DNA from: Verrucomicrobiota bacterium
GTDB taxonomy: Bacteria; Verrucomicrobiota; Verrucomicrobiia; Opitutales; Cerasicoccaceae
Assembly: GCA_039818205.1 (NCBI GenBank)
Contig: JBCBUK010000017.1
Location: forward strand, 1-64,000
DNA: 64,000 nucleotides
Direction: 5' to 3'
Numbering within the stretch: position 1 is the stretch's first letter; each line of letters opens with the position of its first letter. Under the pieces are notes generated by a model. The model made no database searches. It was not told the DNA's origin and worked only from the letters and a program-made list of their open reading frames with translations. The translations under genes and the position numbers were made by a program. Shown in pieces: positions 57,211 through 64,000 of the stretch.

Positions 57211-58428
57211 CTAAAGTTTTGCTAACTCGCTGACCTCCGCGAGGATTGCTTCTAGCGTAATGGTTTGCTCTTTGAGCGCATCAATAACCGATTCAATGAC
57301 AGCGCGCTGATCTTCGTTCTCCGGAAGAATCATACGGTCGAATGGCATGTCTTTCGCGGCGGTCTCAAGCAGCTTTGTCGTTATTAGCTTGGTCTTTGAG
57401 AACTCAAGACGAAGCTTCTCATCAAGGTCCGGGTTGTAGCGGCGAACCAAATTGGACAGTGAAACACCACGAATAGTTTCTCCATCAATGTCCTTCTGCT
57501 CACCGTAGTAGAGGCTTTGGATGCCCAATGCATTGTAATAGACCGAATACTGTGTTGTATCGCTAAAACAGTTTTGCTCCTCCTCCTGGTCAGCGGCAAT
57601 AAGGGCCACCCGCATGCGCTCGCCCGCCAACTCGGCGTAGCTAAGGCTGCCCATACCCGTAAGAATTCGCCAGAGTTGCTCTTCTGATGTAAGCGCTACG
57701 AAGTCTTTATAGTAACGTCCGTTTGGACTCCAATCGAGTGCCATGAACTGAAGATCTTGCACCAGAACGCGACTAGCAGCCGAGAGATACTTGCTGCGGC
57801 GGTCACAATTTCCGTTGGTGCAGGCGCTTCCCTTGAGGTAGTCAGTGTATGAACGTTTCCCGCCAACCGTTTGGTCCTCGTTTAGGTCTTGTCCCCACAA
57901 CAAGAACTCAATGGCATGGAAGCCAATGGCAACATTGGTTTCGATATCGGTCATCCGTTGGGATGGGGCTTCTTTTGGGTCAGTTCCTGACTGGTATTCG
58001 GCAATGATCTCATCGCGAATCGGGTAAGCAGCAATTCCAATGATATTGTGTCGCGCATGCGGGTTGCCGACGTGATAGACGTAATTGTCGGCGACGTAGT
58101 CGATATAGCCTTCATCTAAGGGCCAGGCATTTACCTTACCTTCCCAAGCGTCCACGTTTGGATTGCCAAAGCGAAACACTTCGGTGAGCGAGTAGGTGTT
58201 GTGCGCCTTTAGCCAAGCATCTTTTGCCGCCTGGTGGGATTCAGCATCCGGCTTGTTCAAGAAATCGTTAACGCGCTCTTGAAGTTCTTTAGCGTCACGC
58301 ATCGAAATATCATATCGGGCGTGTGCGATTGCAGCGTAGTGCAGGGCGGCACGTTGAGAGAACCTTCCGGCACTGGCTTCGAGATATACCACCGTAAGTA
58401 AGGCTATTATAATTAGAGGAAATCTCAT
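57211..58428 (-). CDS. Imelysin-family iron-regulated protein (IrpA-like)
   Basis: EVFRFGN, VNAWPLDEG, GFHAIEFLLWGQD (GxHxxE), ELAGERM, CFSD. Confidence 0.92.
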   Translation of the reverse strand: MRFPLIIIALLTVVYLEASAGRFSQRAALHYAAIAHARYDISMRDAKELQERVNDFLNKPDAESHQAAKDAWLKAHNTYSLTEVFRFGNPNVDAWEGKVNAWPLDEGYIDYVADNYVYHVGNPHARHNIIGIAAYPIRDEIIAEYQSGTDPKEAPSQRMTDIETNVAIGFHAIEFLLWGQDLNEDQTVGGKRSYTDYLKGSACTNGNCDRRSKYLSAASRVLVQDLQFMALDWSPNGRYYKDFVALTSEEQLWRILTGMGSLSYAELAGERMRVALIAADQEEEQNCFSDTTQYSVYYNALGIQSLYYGEQKDIDGETIRGVSLSNLVRRYNPDLDEKLRLEFSKTKLITTKLLETAAKDMPFDRMILPENEDQRAVIESVIDALKEQTITLEAILAEVSELAKL

Positions 58429-58760
58429 TTTTTAATTGGTTTGCTGAATATCGATTGGAAACGGATCTGAGTTTGATCGGATAAACTTTTAGGCGAAATG
58501 TCAGTAAGCAGTAGCAAATGGAAGTGAGATGAGTTCTCAAGTCACATATCGCCGTTTAAAGAGACGAAAGAGCAACGTTCCTGTCCCGAAAGTGTTACGG
58601 TGTCGGTAGCGTTACGTTTGTGTTTAACGTAGTACACAAACCTTCACTTGAATGTTTCGTGAGCCGGTTGACTTCTTGGAGGGTTGCTACTCTGATTCGC
58701 CGCATCGTTTTGAGATCATTCCCTCAAAACCCGGCTGACTCTCTTTTAAATCACCCAAAA

Positions 58761-61700
58761 ATGCGAAAACATCTCCTCTTAACCCTTTGCCTAGCATCGC
58801 TTTGTGGCACGTCCGCGATGGGGCAGGTTTCTGCAACAGCGCAGGATCCGACCGTTGCTACGGTCCAAGTTAGACCCTCTGGGGTATCTTCTAGTGCAGA
58901 CTTCTACGCCGAAGGTAACACCTTCACCGGCTTTGAAGTCTACAGTGTTGCACGCTTCGTTCTTACCAAGGCTGACTTTGGTTTGGACAGCGGTGACACC
59001 ATCAACTTGCTGACCTCGGTAGAGATCAACTTTACCCACAACGACCGTAGTTTTACCACGGGTGATTTGCTTGAGTTATATTTCACGACTCAAAATTTCA
59101 ACGGCACCTATACTGGTCTCACCTACAACGTCGCCATCTTCGACGGCGTCGATGCGACTCAGTTCACCAACGCGCCTGTCTCTCTCGGAACATTCGCTTA
59201 CGTTCCAACTGCGCCTGGTCTCTTCCAATACAACTACGTTGTTGACCTTTCTGCTTTCGAAGCGGACATCATCGCCAAAATCAACGCAGGCGAAGAAATC
59301 AACATCATCCTGGGCGCGGCTGATGCAGCCAACGCAATCACTTTGGCCGGTTTGAACAACACGTTCGATCCCGGTGACCCAACTATCACGGTTGAAGTCG
59401 AAGCAGCCGCTGACAACTCCGCTCCTTCGGTCGCAAGCACGACTCCTGCGGACGGTACCGTCGATGTTCCAACGGACACCACGCTCGTCATCGAGCTCGA
59501 CCAGTTCGCCGCTGCTGGCACCGGGTTCATCAATCTTCGTCAAGTTAGCGACGACGGTTTGGTTGAAGCGATTGATGTGAATAGCGGTGCGGTTTCGATC
59601 GACGGTCGCGAGATAAGCATCACCCCGACATCCTTCCTCCCAGAACTCACCGAGATCTACGTCGAGATTGGCAGTGCAGTCATCACCGACGAAGCGGGTA
59701 ACGGCTTTAACGGAACTGACGCTTCGAACTTCAGCTTTACAACGACAATCGCCAACAGCGCTCCAGTATTCACCGAAACCGGTCCTTTCACCGTTTCTGA
59801 CAATGCACTCGCTGGCGCGGTCGTCGGCGATGTTGATACCAATGACGACGGCTTTACCGATGGTGAGTCCGTTTACAGCATCCTTTCGGTTGAAGACGCC
59901 AGCAATATGGCCGTCGGTTTGAATGGTTTTAAAGCAACCAGCATCTTTACAATCGGTGAAACCGTCTCTGGAACAACCGGAGCACTCAACCCAACGACTG
60001 CAGGCGACTATACTCCCGTCGGTATCCTCGACGGTATGGGCGCTTACAAGCTCGATGCCGCAACGGTTCGGGTTCTCGCCAACCACGAGCTGCTCCACTT
60101 CCGCGGAAACAGCTACGAAGTTAGCAATGGCTCCGGTGGCACCTTCTCGATGACTGGTGCGCGCGTCAGCTACTTCGACATCGATATCGCGACACGCCAG
60201 ATCGTTGATTCCGGTATCGCATACAACACCGTTTACGACGCGAATGGTAACGTTGCTACCGACCTTAGCTTTCAAAACGATAGCCTCAACGGTTTCTCCC
60301 GGTTTTGCTCCAGCGCGCTCTTCGAAGCTGAGCAGTTCGGCTCCGGTCGCGGACTTGCCAGTCGCATCTACTTCACGGGTGAAGAAGACGGTTCCGGCTT
60401 CAACCTGATCGGTGGCGCTGAGTGGGCGCTTGACCCAGCGACCGGTAACTTCTGGGCCGTTCCTGCCATGGGCCGTGGTGCTTGGGAAAACGTTACTGAA
60501 GTCGACACTGGTTTGACCAACTACGTCGCGTTCATCTTGGCTGATGACTCTTCTCCGTTCAACGCTGACACAAGCGATCCTGAAAACGAAGCTTCTCCAC
60601 TCTACCTTTATGTTGGTGAGAAGAATCCTTCCGGTGACTTCCTCGAGCAAAACGGTCTCCGCGACGGTAAACTCTATGTTTGGGTTGCTACTAGCGGTAA
60701 CACCCTTCCTTCTCAATTCAATGGTGCTGGTTCCTCCGAGCCAGGCACTTGGGTAGAGATCGACAATTCTCCCAATCTCGCTCAAGCATCGGCCGACGGC
60801 TCGACTGGCTTCGACGAGTATGGTTACCCAACTCAGCGTAACCTCTGGACTCAAGCGGAAGCCGCCGGCGCATTCGGTTTCTCCCGTCCAGAAGACTTGG
60901 CTGTCAACCCAGTTGATGGTTCTGAGTTCGTTCTCGCTTCGACCGGTGTTGACACCTACGACATTGATCTTGTTTCTGGCAATGGTGCGGACACTTTCGG
61001 CACCATTTATGTTGGTGTTGTTGACTTCAATGTTTCCGGCGAACCAACTGCAGGAAACCTGACCATCCTTTATGATGGCGACGAAGATACCGCCAACCGC
61101 GCATTGCGCAGCCCAGACAACTTGGATTGGGCCGATGACGGTTTCATCTACGTTCAAGAAGACGAAGCTGAAGAAGACACCGCAAGTGGTGACGAAGTTC
61201 TCTTTGGTGCCGGTGCGGTTAATCCAAACGAAGCAGGTATCGTTCAGATCGATCCTGCAACGGGTGATATCCTCCGGGTCGCCAACGTCGACCGCAGCAT
61301 AGTTCTCGATCCCTCGATCGCAAACCCACTTGACGCTGTTGACGTCGACGCCGGTTTCGCGGGCGAGTGGGAATCCTCGGGTATCCTCGACGTTTCCAAC
61401 CTCTTCGGCGAATTGCCAGGAACCCTGTTCATCTTCAATGTTCAGGCACACGGCATTGAAGATCAGACCAACTTCAACGCCGCATCCCGGATTGTTGACG
61501 GTGATCTCGTTGAAGGCGGTCAGCTCCTCTTCTTGGAGCGCAAGTTCGACTCCATGCTCGAAGCACTTGGTAGCAACGAAGCCGAAGCAATCTTCACGAT
61601 TGGTGAGACCTTCGCTGGCACCGCCGGCGCATTGAACCCAAACACTGCGGGCGACTACACACCCGTTGGTATCCTCGACGGTCTTGGCGCCTACGAGCTC

Positions 61701-64000
61701 GACGCACAAACGGTTCGGGTTCTCGCCAACCACGAGCTTCTACACTTCCGTGGTAACAGCTACGAAGTTAGCAATGGTTCCGGTGGCACCTTCACAATGA
61801 CCGGTGCCCGCGTTAGCTACTTCGACATCGACAAGTCGACTCTTCGGATCATCGATTCCGGCCTCGCATACAACACCATCTACGATGCCAACGGTAACGT
61901 TGCCACAGACTTGAGCTTCCAGAACGATAGCCTCAACGGTTTCTCCCGCTTCTGCTCCAGTTCACTATTCGAGCCAGAACAGTTCGGTCCTGGTCTCGGG
62001 TTGGTTGATCGCATCTACTTCACAGGTGAAGAAGATGGTTCCGGTTTCAACTTGATTGGTGGCGCCGAGTGGGCACTTGACCCAGCAACCGGCAACTTCT
62101 GGGCGGTCCCTGCTATGGGTCGCGGTGCATGGGAAAACGTAACTCAGATCGATACCGGTTTGACCAACTACGTTGCATTCATCCTTGCAGACGACTCCTC
62201 ACCATTCGATGCGGATCCAAATGACCCAGAAGACGAAGCTTCACCACTCTATCTCTATGTTGGTGAGAAGAATCCTGCTGGTGACTTCCTCGCTCGCAAT
62301 GGTCTGCGTGACGGAAAGCTTTACGTTTGGGTTGCCGACAGCGGTAGCCGCGTTCCTTCTGAGTTCAACGGTGCTGGCGCATTCGAAGCTGGTTCTTGGG
62401 TAGAAATTGACAATTCACAAAACCTCGGCCAAGCATCCGCTGACGGTTCGACCGGTTTCGACGAATATGGATACCCAACTCAGCGTAATCTCTGGACACA
62501 AGCGGACGCAGCGGGTGCATTCGGTTTCTCCCGTCCGGAAGACTTGGCTGTGAATCCGTTTGACGGATTTGAATTCGTATTGGCTTCAACGGGTGTAGAC
62601 ACCTACGACGTGGATCCAGTCTCCGGCAACGGCGCTGACACTTTCGGCACCATCTATGTTGCTCAGGTTGAGTTCGATGGTTCCGGTGAACCAATCGCTG
62701 GCGACCTAACCATCCTTTACGATGGCGATGCCGACCCAACTCGTGCCTTGCGCAGCCCGGACAACCTGGATTGGGCAGACGACGGCTTGATCTACGTCCA
62801 AGAAGACGAAGCTGAAGAAGACACCCTCAGCGGTGACGAAATTCTCTTCGGTCCAACTGCGATCAATCCGAACGAGGCTGGTGTTGTTGTGATCGATCCA
62901 GCAACTGGAATCGTGACTCGCGTTGCGAACATTGATCGTAGTGTCATCATCGACCCAACGATTGCCAACCCACTCGACGCGTTCGACACCGACGCGGGTT
63001 CTGCTGGCGAATGGGAATCTTCGGGTATCCTGGACGTTTCGACCCTCTTTGGTGAGCAACCAGGCAAACTCTTCATCTTGAACGTTCAAGCGCATGGAAT
63101 CGAAGACCAAACCAATGTTAACGGTGCATCACGCATCAACGACAATGATTTGGTTGAAGGTGGTCAGTTGATCTTCATGTCCATCGACTCGGCACAGCCA
63201 ACCCTGAACTTCGCTGATGCATTTGAAATTAACCCAAGCACCGGTGTCATCACTTTGGTCAATCCATCCGAGATTGATTCCGATCGCTTGAAGTATATCC
63301 GCTTCGTAGTCGAAGCTGATGACGGTTTGAATGCTCCGGTGACTGAAACGGTTGATATCTTCATCAACGACGATCCAATTGCTGAACCGGCTGAAATTCG
63401 TGTAGCCAGCTTCAACACTTCGTTGAACCGCAATGCTGCCGGTCAGTTGATCACTGACTTGAGCACTCCGAGCAACTCGCAGGCTCAGCAAATTGCTGAA
63501 ATTATTCAGCGCACGAACCCAGACGTCATTTTGATCAACGAGTTCGATTACGATCCAAACGGAACTGCGATCGACCTCTTCAAGCAAAACTACCTTGAGA
63601 TTCCTCAAAATGGCCAAGCTCCGGTTTACTACGGATACAGCTACAATGGCGAATCCAACACCGGTATCGCATCTGGCTTCGACCTCGACAACAACGGAAG
63701 CGTTGGCGGCGGCGGTGACGCATTCGGTTTCGGAAACTTCGAAGGTCAGTTTGGTTTCATCGTCCTCTCGAAATATCCAATCGTTGAAGACCAGGTCCGC
63801 ACGTTCCAGAAGTTCCTCTGGAAGGACATGCCAGGAGCGTTGCTTCCTGCCGATCCGCTCGATAGCGATGGAAATTTTGACGTGGATAACTACTACACCA
63901 CCGAAGAACTTGATGTGTTCCGCCTCTCTTCGAAGAGCCACTGGGACATTCCAGTCTGGGTTAACGGTGAGGTTATCCACGCGTTGGCTAGCCACCCAAC
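58761..64000 (+). CDS. Giant secreted multidomain phosphatase (Ig-like, split cadherin-like, two PhoX/DUF839-like domains, EEP domain); partial, no stop in window, absent from ORF track
   Basis: MRKHLLLTLCLASLCGTSAMG signal; APSVASTTPADG Ig-like; two copies of ANHEL/RFCSS/FTGEE/GRGAWEN/RPED/SPDN/QED/ESSG/VQAH; IRVASFNTSLNR...PDVILINEFDYD...SSKSHWD EEP domain. Confidence 0.9.
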   Translation, partial: MRKHLLLTLCLASLCGTSAMGQVSATAQDPTVATVQVRPSGVSSSADFYAEGNTFTGFEVYSVARFVLTKADFGLDSGDTINLLTSVEINFTHNDRSFTTGDLLELYFTTQNFNGTYTGLTYNVAIFDGVDATQFTNAPVSLGTFAYVPTAPGLFQYNYVVDLSAFEADIIAKINAGEEINIILGAADAANAITLAGLNNTFDPGDPTITVEVEAAADNSAPSVASTTPADGTVDVPTDTTLVIELDQFAAAGTGFINLRQVSDDGLVEAIDVNSGAVSIDGREISITPTSFLPELTEIYVEIGSAVITDEAGNGFNGTDASNFSFTTTIANSAPVFTETGPFTVSDNALAGAVVGDVDTNDDGFTDGESVYSILSVEDASNMAVGLNGFKATSIFTIGETVSGTTGALNPTTAGDYTPVGILDGMGAYKLDAATVRVLANHELLHFRGNSYEVSNGSGGTFSMTGARVSYFDIDIATRQIVDSGIAYNTVYDANGNVATDLSFQNDSLNGFSRFCSSALFEAEQFGSGRGLASRIYFTGEEDGSGFNLIGGAEWALDPATGNFWAVPAMGRGAWENVTEVDTGLTNYVAFILADDSSPFNADTSDPENEASPLYLYVGEKNPSGDFLEQNGLRDGKLYVWVATSGNTLPSQFNGAGSSEPGTWVEIDNSPNLAQASADGSTGFDEYGYPTQRNLWTQAEAAGAFGFSRPEDLAVNPVDGSEFVLASTGVDTYDIDLVSGNGADTFGTIYVGVVDFNVSGEPTAGNLTILYDGDEDTANRALRSPDNLDWADDGFIYVQEDEAEEDTASGDEVLFGAGAVNPNEAGIVQIDPATGDILRVANVDRSIVLDPSIANPLDAVDVDAGFAGEWESSGILDVSNLFGELPGTLFIFNVQAHGIEDQTNFNAASRIVDGDLVEGGQLLFLERKFDSMLEALGSNEAEAIFTIGETFAGTAGALNPNTAGDYTPVGILDGLGAYELDAQTVRVLANHELLHFRGNSYEVSNGSGGTFTMTGARVSYFDIDKSTLRIIDSGLAYNTIYDANGNVATDLSFQNDSLNGFSRFCSSSLFEPEQFGPGLGLVDRIYFTGEEDGSGFNLIGGAEWALDPATGNFWAVPAMGRGAWENVTQIDTGLTNYVAFILADDSSPFDADPNDPEDEASPLYLYVGEKNPAGDFLARNGLRDGKLYVWVADSGSRVPSEFNGAGAFEAGSWVEIDNSQNLGQASADGSTGFDEYGYPTQRNLWTQADAAGAFGFSRPEDLAVNPFDGFEFVLASTGVDTYDVDPVSGNGADTFGTIYVAQVEFDGSGEPIAGDLTILYDGDADPTRALRSPDNLDWADDGLIYVQEDEAEEDTLSGDEILFGPTAINPNEAGVVVIDPATGIVTRVANIDRSVIIDPTIANPLDAFDTDAGSAGEWESSGILDVSTLFGEQPGKLFILNVQAHGIEDQTNVNGASRINDNDLVEGGQLIFMSIDSAQPTLNFADAFEINPSTGVITLVNPSEIDSDRLKYIRFVVEADDGLNAPVTETVDIFINDDPIAEPAEIRVASFNTSLNRNAAGQLITDLSTPSNSQAQQIAEIIQRTNPDVILINEFDYDPNGTAIDLFKQNYLEIPQNGQAPVYYGYSYNGESNTGIASGFDLDNNGSVGGGGDAFGFGNFEGQFGFIVLSKYPIVEDQVRTFQKFLWKDMPGALLPADPLDSDGNFDVDNYYTTEELDVFRLSSKSHWDIPVWVNGEVIHALASHP
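59940..63180 (+). repeat. Tandem duplication of about 1.65 kb (PhoX-like domain)
   Basis: GGTATCCTCGACGGT at 60021 and 61668 (offset 1647); GAAGG(C/T)GGTCAG at 61512 and 63156 (offset 1644). Confidence 0.95.

Noticed and set aside
58590..58650. Possible Pho box upstream of the phosphatase
   Set aside because: GTTAC/TTAAC/TTCAC-like words are present but lack a consistent 11-bp spacing.
59076..61733. 885-aa minus-strand ORF (also 63129-63995)
   Set aside because: Antisense shadow of the strongly codon-biased plus-strand phosphatase; no recognisable motifs.

Overview
Bacterial chromosomal window, most likely Verrucomicrobiota (Opitutia-like). This is inferred from the short EF-Ts, the one-cysteine DksA in an ileS-dksA-lspA cluster and the style of the large secreted proteins. 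Bases 1-11931 are the right end of a podovirus-like prophage: an SGNH esterase, a probable tail adaptor, a probable nozzle, two probable internal virion proteins and a 2240-aa polyvalent protein, ending 39 bp from the 3' CCA of a tRNA-Phe gene (probable att site). The rest is host DNA. Housekeeping genes include typA, ileS, lspA, pyc, recF, an xer recombinase, tsf, rpsB, tRNA-Gln and an initiator-type tRNA-Met. Between them lie large secreted redox or scavenging proteins: a PQQ-dehydrogenase/diheme fusion, a heme peroxidase beside a CusRS-like pair, a CBM-like/di-heme oxidoreductase fusion and an imelysin/DHOR pair. A >1740-aa phosphatase missing from the ORF track runs off the window end. The best leads are: (1) a cadherin-like domain split by two tandem PhoX-like domains; (2) a Cys-initiated CFI-box-like domain on a phage ejection protein; (3) a CBM56-like/di-heme oxidoreductase fusion; (4) an S-T-[ND]-L-x-x-W module shared by three secreted proteins; (5) a CusR-type box upstream of the peroxidase. 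All family calls come from motif recognition by eye; no searches were run.
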